DNA of 63,496 nt, counting the filler, from Choristocarpus tenellus KU-1152 (lineage: Eukaryota > Protista > Phaeophyceae): the NCBI GenBank assembly GCA_964200185.2. It is 9 parts of 9 records of this genome, joined end to end, with 100 filler letters (N's around TTAATTAATTAA, not from the genome) between each part and the next. Parts side by side here need not be neighbours in the genome. Positions count along the whole stretch, not along the records: positions 41,027 to 53,909 come from CAXNAD020001675.1; positions 54,010 to 56,971 come from CAXNAD020023331.1; positions 57,072 to 60,867 come from CAXNAD020017876.1; positions 60,968 to 63,496 come from CAXNAD020027033.1; 5 more parts are not named here. The stretch is one strand, 5' to 3'. Each line of letters opens with the position of its first letter. The stretch's first letter is position 1. Under the pieces are notes generated by a model. It did no database searches and was not told where the DNA came from. It worked only from the letters and a program-made list of their open reading frames with translations. The translations under genes and the position numbers were made by a program. Below are positions 52,269 through 63,496 of this stretch, piece by piece.

Positions 52269-53880
52269 GATGGACCACAATCTAATATGCAGGTTGCGTC
52301 ATGTGCTGCAGAGAGTACAGTAGTACATGCTTTGGAAGTGTTGCATGGTATTACAATGCCCACCAAAGTGTACCTGGGATAGGAGTAGTTGATCCTGTTT
52401 GTATGAGTTCAAGTGGCAAGAAATTGCCAATAAATGTATGTTCCAACCTCCCACAACCAGGGGACCAGGAAAAATATAGGCAGGTTGTATCATCATGGTT
52501 GATCCCTAACTTAAGGGATTGACTACAATTCTTTTCTGGCTACATACACGGTTGAAGGGACATGGACAGCGTATGCTATTCAGCTCATGGTCTTGAGATT
52601 TTTCTCCCTTTTTTCAAGAGTACAGTGTGGAAGTGTCAGCAGCTGAAGCAACCGAGTAAGAGACACATTCTTTAGCTCTCATTCTGAATAACCCGTTATT
52701 GCAGTGGACTCTAGATATTGCTCTTAATTTTTGTTCATGAGGCTGGTATGATCTGTAGCGTGATTGAGGGTCATACCTTTTGTCTCATTATACCTTACTT
52801 AGCCTATCTGATTTTTCCACCATTTGATGTACTAGTAAATCAATTTTTGGTGAGGTAGTCAGTCGCTATATATGTATTTGTGGAGTATTTATTTCTTGTT
52901 TTAGCTTTTTTTCATTTCTGTTAGTTTTGGAGGTTCTTAGGACGGCGTGTGAATGTGGGCTGGCTCTGTATTACGATACTTAGGGCTGGGATATGCAATT
53001 TTCCAGTGAACCTATTGCAGAATGTAGCATACCCCACCTGCTACCAAGGGAAGGAATTAGGACCCTCCCAGGGGCATCACATATATATTTATTGTAGGAC
53101 AACCACTACTCTTTGATTTTGCTTGAGAAATCACATACATACACATGATTATAGCGTGTCTCTACACACACACACTACTTTGAATGCATAATACTTCTAA
53201 ATGAAGTTGGTTTCATATGTCAGAACTCATAGGGACACGCAGCACTAGGTCCCTTCTTTTGTTGCTGTTGGATAGATGACCTCCTTGTCAATCCCACACA
53301 ACAAAATATCGTGAGCTGGCAGCAACAAAGTACTCTTTAGTATTATTAATAGCACTGGGGATTATCACAAGCATCCTTCAGTACACCACCAAACTGTGTT
53401 GATTTACTGATAATAACCAATTCTTCAAAATGAAATCAAAATTGGACAATGATTCATTCCTGTATGAGAAGGGCCAGTCCAGTCAGTCCAACCAATCATT
53501 GCCCCAACAATTCGCCTCGCCACACATCTCCCTTTTAGCTGACCCTGTCACCAAGAAGGTTTCATCCTGCCCTCCAGCCGTCCCAGACACCAGAATCATT
53601 GAAAGGAATACTACAATCGTGGCGTGGTGCATCAACTCCCTCCAAGAGTTTCAACTCCAGTAGGAAGTGAGTCCCACTAGTGCTGAAAGGTAGATCAAGA
53701 TCACATGCTTAATATAAGTATGGATTCTTCAAGAGGATAATGGTTGTTCATATTTTTGTCTCTAGATTTTGTGTGATGATTTCTGGAATATTCTTTAATT
53801 CTCTCTAGACAAAACCAACCTTTCACCTTGTTTGTTTGGAAAGTAGAGATCAGATGGATCACAGCTACTATCACTCTTCT

Positions 53881-53909
53881 GACCCAAAGTATCTGGGGCT
53901 GGGGGGGGG
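53881..53909 (+). mobile_element. MITE family B end at contig edge
   Basis: GACCCAAAGTATCTGGGGCTGGGGG. Confidence 0.7.
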
Positions 53910-55090
53910 NNNNNNNNNNNNNNNNNNNNNNNNNNNNNNNNNNNNNNNNNNNNTTAATTAATTAANNNNNNNNNNNNNNNNNNNNNNNNNNNNNNNNNNN
54001 NNNNNNNNNGGGTGGTTGTTTTGGTTCTTGTGCCATCCCCCCCCGCCCTTTGCCTGAACCGAAGGTCCCCCCCCCCCCCCCCCCCCTTTAGGACAGTGTC
54101 ACCATAGAAGGTTTAGCTGTTAAGGCATTGTTGACTGAAAGCCCCTTCCCAGGTGCTCAAAATATAACCCTGCAATGCACTCGTAGTAGGGGTTCTTAGA
54201 ACCCAACCACGCCCCCATCTTTGATGGAATCACTCCCAAGAAATGTACTTGTCTACGTGACTCCTGAATTAGAAGACCGCAAAACTCAACCAAAGAATCT
54301 GCAACTCCTAATGCCTCCCACAATCGTGCATTGCAGGGGCTTGGGCAGAACGTCGGCCGAAGCCTTCACCCGTGCCGGGAAACCCTTTCCAATCTGGTGA
54401 GTGTTGGATCAGATATTGCTTAGAATGTTGACCAGTTGCTGCAATATACCACTGTGGTGCTGGGGAGGGGCATGCCCGGTGTGACAACTGGAGTAGGAAT
54501 GAGAGGAGCAAAACAATTGCTGCTGCTGTGCTGTGCTAGCCTCGGGCTCTGACCGTCCTGGGAGGAAGAACAGCCTTCAAATACTTCATGCTTGGTGATG
54601 CGGGCCTGACGAAGGTCGTGAGATAGAGAGGCATTTGATACGTACTTCGCTCTTAGAGTCGTATCTTTTTTGTTCTTCTTTGTCGGTCCTTAGTTGGTCA
54701 TCCTTCCAGTCAAACGCTTGTTCTTGGCCGAGGGTGCTAAGGCCCGATCGCTGCCCTTGATTTGATTGAACCAAGTCTTTTCGGAGGTAGAAGGCGAGAT
54801 TATTTTTTGAGGGGGATGCCTGAGAAGTGGCCAAAATACGCCTTTTTTTTTTCATTATGTGCGATTTCGGGAAGGGGCTCCGTTGAGAGGAGGGATAGAA
54901 GCGCGAAACCCGTCAAGATGGTTGTATAATTCCGAACGCCTTCCTTGCAGTACCATGAGCTGGAGAATTCAGTCGGTGAGTCCACTGAGCAGCGGCAGTT
55001 CCCTTTCTTAGCATCCCCCTTACAAAGTATCCGTCGTATCTCTTTGCTTTTGTTACTGGCCACCACTGGAACGGCGTCTTGTTCGGGAAG

Positions 55091-56870
55091 GTTTTGAGGG
55101 GGGCGAGGGTGACAGATGAGGCCTTGTGTGACCTGAGTCGTATGAGTCACCTCACGTCACTGGACATATCTCGAAGCTCGCTTGTGTCGAGTCAAGAGCT
55201 AACCGCTTCGGGTCTGCAGGTATGTGTCTGTTGCAGGAGGTGCAGTACGGTGAATGAGTTGAGGGATGTGTCACTGTGTGTATATATATATATATATGTA
55301 TACAGTCCTATTTATTTATTTTTACTGAGTGCGCAGATGTCTAGGATATTTTGTTTCTTTGTTTGAGTATTACGTTATTTTATTTCTTTTTTACGTGATG
55401 TGTATTGTGTTCCATCTTTTCTAGTGAGTACAGAGGTAGGATTTTGTATGTATGTATGTGTGTGTGTGTATGTATGTATATTTATGTTCCGTACGAATGG
55501 TATGCACAGATTATATACGCATATGGAAGGGGTACAGCCCGCCTTCCCAGGGTGTAGGAATGTGTGTGTGTGTTTTTGTTTTTGTTTTTTTTACGGGATT
55601 TGTGATGGGTGATTTGTGTGCTGTGTGGAGACACTGCGCTGTTTGGGGGGTTGTTGTTGGTTGTATTGAGAGTTTACTGTATGCTTTTAATGTAGTGTTG
55701 TGTGCAGTCGAGGGTTGGTCTGTCCCCCCATATAAGTACATGCATATATTATGAGAGTTTTTTGTGTCGGGGTTAGGGTTAGGGTTCGGATAGTGGTAGG
55801 ATGTGTGCATAACCCTTTGAGCGTTGTGGGGGTAGCGATAGGGTTAGGGTTGGGATTGTAATCATCGGTGTCAGCTTGGGATAGTTGGCGGAAGAGGATG
55901 AGCAGATAGGATAATTTTGTTAGAGGGTTAATGTAGTGGAGTTGGTTGATGCTTAGTATGCTCGTGAATGGTGGTGTTAATGTAGTGGAATTGGTTGATT
56001 GTTGAGTCTGTTCACGTACATTTTTGGCGACATATTCTTTGTGCGTTTGTGTGTATCTATACCTTCTTTAGCATCAACGTAAGACAAAGTATTTCGAGGT
56101 TTTTTGTGTTTTTTTTGGGGGGGGTGGGATTCACCTTGTTTTGTGCTCTTGAAGGTATTTGTACATCCCCCTCTATCTTGTGTAGTAAAGGTGCAAGTGG
56201 AGTGAGATGTGTGTAAGTGTTCCAGTTGTTTACTGGCATTTGTACTCTAGGAAAATATACAGTGTAGGGAGGTGTACAAGCACGTTATGCTATCTATGGT
56301 ATCATTGTATATATATATATCTTTAGTACTATTATTGTGGATGGGGTTGGTGTACAGCATGGTAGTGGAGTTGTACAAACGCCTTCAATGGTGCATTGGA
56401 CAGAGGGGGGATGCCGAAGTGATGGAGTCGGTGGAACATTGTGACTGTTGTGAAATATAAAAAAACAACAACAGTATGAAGTATTGAGAACGGTAGCAGA
56501 GTATCGTATCGTTATATTGGTGGTATACTTTCTAATGTCATAACTCCAATTCATCCTTAATGTTGATGGATAACCGATTTCTGAGCTATTTTCACTCACC
56601 TTGTTACTGCGTGGCATGGTAATTTGTTACCTCTTAGTGACACTCCCTTTTTTTCCATTTTTTCGGAACATACTTTTTGTTTGTTTGGGTGTGGTGGGGG
56701 GGGGGTAAGAGTAGGCGTTAACAGCTTTGACAGGACTGACATCGCTGATGATGGCATGGAATAAGAATGTCAGTGATTCCACCGTGAAGGTGTTGACTGG
56801 TGCCAATGTGGGCTTGATGGAGTTGGACATCTCTCTTTGTAATGGTATCACGAATGTGGCCCTAAGTGAG
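55091..56870 (+). CDS. Leucine-rich repeat protein (cysteine-containing/AMN1-FBXL type), internal exons 55091-55219 and 56715-56870
   Basis: VLRGARVTDEALCDLSRMSHLTSLDISRS...LTASGLQ|ALTALTGLTSLMMAWNKNVSDSTVKVLTGANVGLMELDISLCNGITNVALSE; phase 0 GT/AG junctions; further small exons likely in 54330-54980. Confidence 0.8.
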
Positions 56871-57071
56871 GTATGAAATTGCTGAAACATTGAGACTTCA
56901 AGGGGGGGTGGAGGGGGGAGGGAGGTAATGGTTGCAATGGTTTAGCATTTGAGTGAAAGTTTGAATGTTTGNNNNNNNNNNNNNNNNNNNNNNNNNNNNN
57001 NNNNNNNNNNNNNNNTTAATTAATTAANNNNNNNNNNNNNNNNNNNNNNNNNNNNNNNNNNNNNNNNNNNN

Positions 57072-57237
57072 TGGGTACTGTACTGGTCCATATCCGCAGG
57101 TCGGACCGGTTCTAGCATTCTCTAACATGTCTGGACCATGTTCACTGGGTACTGTACTGGTCCACATCTGCAGGTCGGACCGGTTCTAGCATTCTCTAAC
57201 ATGTCTGGACCATGTCCGCATGTGGTGTACTGGTCCA
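57072..57237. repeat. 74-bp tandem repeat (2+ copies) at contig edge
   Basis: TGGGTACTGTACTGGTCCA...CATGTCTGGACCATGT repeated at 57072 and 57146. Confidence 0.85.
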
Positions 57238-58139
57238 GTCCATAGGTCACACAGTTCTACTCCTGTGCCAGTCTGGTTCAAACCGACCCACTCCCTTCGT
57301 TTGCCCAATGTAAAAATTAAAAAAAAAGAAACAGAAATCAACCAACTGGAGACTAGGGACTAGAGGTATCTTTACAACTGACTTTTGTTATACTAGCGCA
57401 GAAAGCGCCAATATCTAACATACGTGTTTGACTCAAGGATGTCAGCATTCCGACAATCAAAATATTTCCCCTTCAACCATTTACAACAAATTGGCCAATG
57501 GCATCTCACATGCATTGAACGCTGTATCACTTACAACAACACACACCTCAAAAGACCCACAAGATATTAGATAATAGGTATCAGATATATTAGGTACTAG
57601 ATAAACGCCATACCAATGATTTGTACCGGGGCAACTCCTCCCCCGTAATCAAAAGACAATTTAGTGTCTACTTCACTTATTGCACTACAACTACCAGAAT
57701 CACAGAACCAAAACAAACTTCAACAAACCATAAAATTATTATTCTCTTAACGAAAGAGATTATGTCGCGTTCCGAAAATTTCGTTCTCTTGTCAACCATC
57801 TTCATCCCCAAAACTCTCAAAAGAACAATTTGAGATATAAAAAAAATTAGAAACGAAAAAGGCAGTTGAAATGGAGTTAACATGCCCACTGTCGGTCATA
57901 CGGTGATGTCATCTTGAACCAGTTGATGGCCATGGACACAGTCATGTCTGAACTTGATTGTACATAGCTGGCCAGCGGCCCTGGCCATGTTGAATAGTGA
58001 TGGCCATGGACTCAGCCATGTTAGTGCATTTTATCTATGACTGGCAAAGGTTAAAAAAAAAAAATGAAACTCAGACCGTCACGTCATAGACACGCCTCCC
58101 AACTTACCATTCACTCGACTTGTATCTTTAATCTCATAC

Positions 58140-58422
58140 CATATCAAGATTAACATTAACATGAATGTTAACACTAAAATCAATATCAACATTAGCATCA
58201 ATATCAATATCACCATTAACCCTAAGATTAATATCAACACTAACATCAACATCAACAGTAACACTTACATTAATATCAACATTAATATCAATATCACCAT
58301 TAACACTAGCATCAATATCAACATCAATATCAACATTAATATCAACAATAACACTAACACTAACATCAATATCAATATCAACAATAACATCAATATCAAT
58401 ATCAACATTAACATCGACATTA
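58140..58422. repeat. Degenerate hexamer satellite (ATCAAT/ATCAAC/ATTAAC)n
   Basis: Directly visible; source of spurious poly-NI/DI ORFs. Confidence 0.9.
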
Positions 58423-58521
58423 ATGCCACACTTCGTCAAATTCCAATGAATTCTACCTTACAGAGTGGTTGACTGCAGGTCCTGTCTAAGGTGTATCGAG
58501 TGGAAGCACACCAAATATAGA

Positions 58522-58640
58522 TGATTGGTGATAATTTGGAGATGATTTGGTGATGATTTGGTGATTATTTGGTGATAATTTGGTGATGATTTGGTGATGA
58601 TTGGTGATAATTTGGTGATGATTTGGTGAGGATTTGGTGA
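58522..58640. repeat. 11-bp tandem repeat (ATTTGGTGATG)n
   Basis: Directly visible, ~10 units. Confidence 0.9.
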
Positions 58641-58787
58641 CACATGGAACAGGCAGTAGGTAGTAGAGCAACTAATTCATAACAACAAATAAATTAATTA
58701 ATTAAAAATTATCTACACATCTGTATTTGTTGGCATTGCCTGTACAGTACTCTTGAATAAAGTTGTCACACCACACAGAATAAAAAT

Positions 58788-58937
58788 ATATAATAATAAT
58801 AGTAATAATAACAATAATAATAATAATAACAATAATAGTAATAATAATATTAACAATAATACTAATAATAATAGCAATAAAAATAATAATAACAATAACA
58901 ATAATAATAATAATGATAATAATAATAGCAATAATAA
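58788..58937. repeat. (AAT)n microsatellite
   Basis: Directly visible. Confidence 0.95.
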
Positions 58938-59057
58938 TTTCAAAGGACAAAAAAAAAAAAATCATTTATCGTCACCATGAAGCTTCACAGTAACAAGATA
59001 ACCTCACGGTTTTGAATCATGACATACAAACACAACATACACAATTAGTGAGGACTA

Positions 59058-59205
59058 AAATAACTCTACTGTTCCTTGTTTCGTATCAAAATAACTCTAC
59101 TGTTCCTTGTTTTGTATCAAAATAACTCTACTGTTCCTTTTTTTTGTATCAAAATAACTCTACTGTACCTTTTTCTTGTATCAAGATAACTCTACTGTAC
59201 CTTTT
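59058..59205. repeat. 31-bp tandem repeat x ~5
   Basis: AAATAACTCTACTGTTCCTTGTTT(C/T)GTATCA units. Confidence 0.9.
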
Positions 59206-59808
59206 TTGCATGAAGCGAATCAAAACCAGCAGGTCTGTGTCAATGCCAGAAGCAACCTATTCTGAACACAAATCCATATATTCCAGGGTATCTTTGGAGG
59301 GGAGGGATGTGGATGCACAATCACAGCAATAACGCCATCCAATATTTTCTAGTTCAATGGACAATTACCACACAGCCCTATAAAGTGTTGCTTGACGAGG
59401 ACAAGAACTGGCAAAATACACAGCAAATCTACTGTTACACAAAACAAAAGAAAAGTTGTTCAGCGCAGTTGGATGGCATAAACCAACCTTTGAACTCAGC
59501 AACACATTATACTTCAAGTACATAATACTACATATTTCAAAATACTGATAATAAAAAAACATCAGTAGTAGTTCATACTTGAAAGAATAAATTCAACACA
59601 GTTCAATTCATAGTTTTGCACACCCCATCTCTTGTCCCAGAGTCACCATGTATCTCATTCCACCAACTTATTACCTTCAAATACATTACTTAATCATTTA
59701 CCTTGGAGCACACACACACACACACATACACACACATACACACCAATAGTATCAAAGTACAGTAAACGTCCCACTGTACACCATCCCACAACATACACAC
59801 AAACATAC

Positions 59809-60279
59809 CTGAAACACATTCACCATAAAGCTGATGTAAACCACCCTCTCATGCTCCGACAGTCCCTTCCACCCTGGCACCCTCCGCCCTCCTCTTTTTC
59901 CTCTGTTCCTCCTCCCCTCCCCCTTCTGCCCAGCAACCCCCCCCCCACCTACATCCACTTTAACTACCTTGGAAGGCGGAGGCTCCTCGCTAGTACTACC
60001 TTTCTTGCCCTCCTCTGCTGTCTCCGACTCCTCCACCTCAGCCTTTTCCTCTTCAACATCCATGTCTACCTCACCAACAGCCCTGTCCCCTACCTCAACC
60101 ACAACAGGGGCAGGCCACTGTCCCATGGAAAGTCCAACAACACTCTCAAAAAAAGACTCAAACTTTTCCTCTTCCTGGCTATTTCCCTCCACCCCTACCC
60201 CTTCAGCAGACCCTCCAGATATTTTCAGAGCCTCCCAAACGCTCACACCCTCACGGAACTTGGCATTGATGAGGAGCAG
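59809..60279 (-). CDS. AQR: Internal exon of the spliceosomal RNA helicase Aquarius (N-terminal ARM domain)
   Basis: 471-nt phase-0 exon (AG...GTATG): LLLINAKFREGVSVWEALK...KFESFFESVVGL...LSEHERVVYISFMVNVFQ; matches my recollection of Aquarius VNEKFRENVPAWE..F..FF..I...SLHEQTVLLLFL..CF(N/Q)SLE. Confidence 0.75.
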
Positions 60280-60967
60280 CTACATTTACAGTTTATTTCA
60301 TTACAAATTTGTGTAGGCAGTAAGGGAAACACAGGTATGAAAGAACCACCAGATGATGCAGAGTGTGTGTGGGGGGGGGGAGGGGGAATCAGTGAAAGCA
60401 TGCACTATTTTAGAAGTTCAGAGTGTGAGATATGAGAGAGGGAGGGGAGAGGAGAATGGAGTGTATGGGAACCAGTCAGGGATCGATATTGGGCAAAAGA
60501 TACACAAAGGTAAGTTACATATGCAAGGAGACTGTACTGGAGACCAGTATCCCGGTGAATCCAATATTCAACTCGCTACTACTATTGTTTCACTTAATCA
60601 ACACAGATGTCAATACGATTACAATATTGCACTAAGTAAATATATTGAAATCACGCTCCAAAGTTAATCTTTCCAAAGTTAATCTTTCCAAAGTTAATCT
60701 TAAACTTCACCCACTGCCGCAGTTAATCTACTGCTTTGACTCAAACAGGCCTCAAAAAACCTGCTGAAAATCACCCTGAAGTATGTCTACTTCAGTGGAA
60801 GAGAAAAATAATCCATGAAGAAATTTATTGACAGTGCGAAAGAGTCTCTGGGAATGGAGGGGGATCGNNNNNNNNNNNNNNNNNNNNNNNNNNNNNNNNN
60901 NNNNNNNNNNNTTAATTAATTAANNNNNNNNNNNNNNNNNNNNNNNNNNNNNNNNNNNNNNNNNNNN

Positions 60968-61037
60968 CAAAAAAGAGTTGTTTGACCGAAACGGACGCCC
61001 CCTCACAAACCACTACCCCCCCCAGATACTTTGACCC
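60968..61037 (-). mobile_element. MITE family B end at contig edge, abutting the Copia fragment
   Basis: CCCCCCAGATACTTTGACCC. Confidence 0.7.
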
Positions 61038-61200
61038 CACATCTGGTCTGATCATGTTGCTGACCCACATCAATCCTCCAACTGCCTCTCGGAAGGGACA
61101 ATCCTTTGAGATCTTGTCCTCCTCCCTAATTCCAAGTTTTCTGGATAGGGCTGAAGGGATGGGAGCGGTTGATTGGATGGAAAAACGTTGACACAAGTTG
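61038..61200 (-). mobile_element. Ty1/Copia reverse transcriptase C-terminal fragment
   Basis: CPFREAVGGLMWVSNMIRPDV matches the Copia YREAVGSLMW...TRPDI motif. Confidence 0.85.
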
Positions 61201-61223
61201 TCAATTTAGTTAGTCCGTGGGGC

Positions 61224-61477
61224 GAGTGGAAGTATCTTAGAGGGTACGGGTTTTGTGCTGTTTATCCGTTTGGGGCTTGGCTTCTCATGTTTTTTTTGTG
61301 ACATTTTCCTACTCCAAAATATTTCGGAGTAGGTAAAATGTGTTATGAAAAGGTGTGTCCAGAACAAGGATATTGACACGTCCTAACAAACACAATAGCC
61401 AAAATTAAATCGAAATCGCAACACTGGATTTTGGTCCCCAAATGGACGCGGCTCTACCCTCTAAGATACTTTGTCTC
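61224..61477 (+). mobile_element. MITE family A copy
   Basis: GAGTGGAAGTATCTTAGAGGGTA...TACCCTCTAAGATACTTTGTCTC; flanks GGGC/GGGG (3 of 4 match). Confidence 0.88.
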
Positions 61478-61641
61478 GGGGGGAAGGGGGGTCTACACCG
61501 GGGTGTCCATTTGGGTCATAACCAGGAAAAGTGAACTTGCATTATCCATGCGACGTATGCAACTAAATCACCCAAAGATCGCGACACGAAAAAATTGGCC
61601 GCAAATGGACAGCCGTCACTTCCCCCCAGATACTTTGAGCC
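61478..61641 (+). mobile_element. MITE family B short/truncated copy
   Basis: GTGTCCATTTGGG ... CAAATGGACAGCCGTCACTTCCCCCCAGATACTTTGAGCC. Confidence 0.65.
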
Positions 61642-62299
61642 AATAGTTGTAGTAGATGATGGGTTCGAAACCCTTGGACGTCAGACTTCTTTTGAAGCGA
61701 AAGTGCTATCAATGATGCTATGAACCAAACCAATTGAGAGCTAGGCAAGGTTACATTTTAGGAATGCTGAGAAAGAGTAAGAACATGGTATTTCGTACAA
61801 TTGTGGAAAGAGTGCTGAATTGTGGGGTCAATTTGTGTTTGGAAAGAAGGAGAAATATCAAATTTGTGTACACTATGGTGCACATGAAAATTTATACAAA
61901 CAAGGAATCTCCACCCTCCTACCAATAGAGATCTTCTTGTAGCCCCTATGTCTCAAGCAGCGGCACTTGATTGCCCACCCTTGTGCTACCTGAGGCGACA
62001 TGGAGGACGAACCGCTTGCCAGGAAGGGAGCAGGCGCTCCAGGTAGTATCCTTTATCACTATAGTGATACCTGTAGCTTCGCCCTCTGGGGTTTTCCCGT
62101 CATACCTTTTGGTGTAGACATCGGATTAAAACAATAAAAACCTATTCGTGATGCCCGTCACAAGACCCTCCAGAGTACGGGCTTCGTTTTTTTCGCCATT
62201 TTTGTTTTTTTGAAGAAGGGGCACTTATATTGGGGTTCGAACTCTGGATTGTAGGTCACCAAGAGTGCCAATAGATGCATTATTACTTGATTAAAGTAT

Positions 62300-63496
62300 A
62301 GGGTTTAGATGGGAAAAAGCCTTCCCACCCTTTCTTCCTGTGTGTTCGCGCACCCACTCTTTGACCTCAGCAAGGATGTCCTCGTCGAGGCCCAGAACGA
62401 AACTCCCCTTGTACCGCCCTTGCTCTAACACCTTGATGTGGCCCTTAGGAAGTCTCTCTCCCATTTACTCACAGGTTCCGACCTGACCATCACATATCCT
62501 GCTGTCATCTCAAGCGCCGTTTGACGGTCTTTCCCATCATTCATACACAGGTACAGGATTTGCATTGTTAAAGCCCTTACTATCACATTTCCTCGTTGAG
62601 TGCCAGAAATGGGCGTCGTCCGTGTTTCCTGGGCGGGTAATATTTTATCACCAAGGCACAAAGGCGAGGGAGGACAGGCTTGAGTTGATCGAAATTGTGT
62701 TGATTTCTTGAATGAATGCAGGCTGGGAGAAAGCCTTAATCAACTTTATACGAGCCAAAGTTATCTTAGAGGGTAGAGCCGTATCCATTTGGGGGACAAA
62801 ATCCAATAATGTGATTTTGATGTAATTTTGGCTATCGTGTTTGTTAGGAAGTGTCAATATCCTTGTTCCGGACACTTGTTTTCATAACGTATACAATTTA
62901 CCTGCTCCGAAATATTTCGGAGTGGAAAACGTGATAAAAAAAACATGGGAAGCCAAGCCCCAAACGGACAAACACGGCAAAACTCGTACCCTCTAAGATA
63001 CTTTCAATCATACGTCCAACCCCAAGTCCAGGAATAAAAATAACGTACCGCATCTTGCAAGAAGTGGGAGACACCAAACCATCGGTGTGCAAATAGTCTC
63101 AATCTCACCTCCTCTTCTTGCCTGGCGTCCATGTCAATTGCTACCTCCACCTGCTTCACGACCTCTTCTAAGTAAACGATTTGGTGTCATTGAAAGTCTC
63201 CACAGCTGCCTTTGTTACGATCGCTTTCTCCTCCGCCTTGCAAGCCCTTTCAGCCTTCTTTCGGGCTTTATAGCCCTTGTAGCCAACCCTAACACCTTCT
63301 TTCTCGTTTCCTTAAGCCACTCTGGCTCGCATAGACTCCAAACAGCCAGGGTCTGCTGCAACTGTTGAATACTAAGATATTCTACACCTGGGTTGTCGCT
63401 TAGGCGTTTCCTGGGCATTTCCACTGCTCTCTTCCCCAATCTTGCCTTGGGGCGGCCACCCCGGTTCTCTCTTCGCCTACTGTGACCAGGCTTCCC
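62300..63496 (-). pseudogene. Degenerate DNA transposase N-terminal region (Tc1/IS630-related), interrupted by MITE A
   Basis: VSKWERDFL...LEQGRYKGSFVLGLDEDILAEVKEWVREHTGRKG resembles the HTH region (W..DF....G.H....L.DED.......W.R.H...KG) of the large-insert Tc1-like family whose C-terminus appears at 33970. Confidence 0.5.
62752..63009 (-). mobile_element. MITE family A copy with intact TSD
   Basis: GAGCCAAAGTTATCTTAGAGGGTAG...TACCCTCTAAGATACTTTCAATC; ATAC duplicated at 62748-62751 and 63010-63013. Confidence 0.9.

Noticed and set aside
58079-58980. ORFs rich in NI/DI/LL/NN
   Set aside because: Translations of microsatellites
59058-59205. 31-bp repeats as a possible CRISPR array
   Set aside because: Head-to-tail tandem repeats without spacers
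59632-60435. 267-aa + strand ORF
   Set aside because: Antisense shadow of the purine-rich Aquarius exon

Overview
Eukaryotic, intron-rich, repeat-rich DNA, most likely from a stramenopile such as a brown alga (inferred from gene content, transposon types and TTAGGG-type repeats). The window is not continuous: eight 100-bp spacers (44 N + TTAATTAATTAA + 44 N) join nine separate contigs, so adjacency across them is meaningless. Spliced genes rebuilt by hand, with GT-AG sites and consistent phase: the 5' part of a WD40 protein (-), a complete 8-exon ECO1/ESCO cohesin acetyltransferase (+, 709 aa), four exons of a BART-domain protein (+), a fucosyltransferase-like gene (-), an Aquarius helicase exon (-), LRR exons (+) and a possibly plastid-targeted protein (+). 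The rest is mostly decayed transposons: DD39D mariner, a Tc1-like DDE transposase, Ty3/Gypsy and Ty1/Copia. There are also three related non-autonomous MITE families with G(A/G)nnnAAAGTA termini, and family A shows 4-bp target-site duplications (Sola2-like). The most notable points are this MITE system, an ECO1 with an N-terminal Pds5-binding-like motif and a ~345-aa insertion inside its GNAT fold, and a telomeric-repeat insertion inside one MITE copy. I found no prokaryote-style system (CRISPR, operon).
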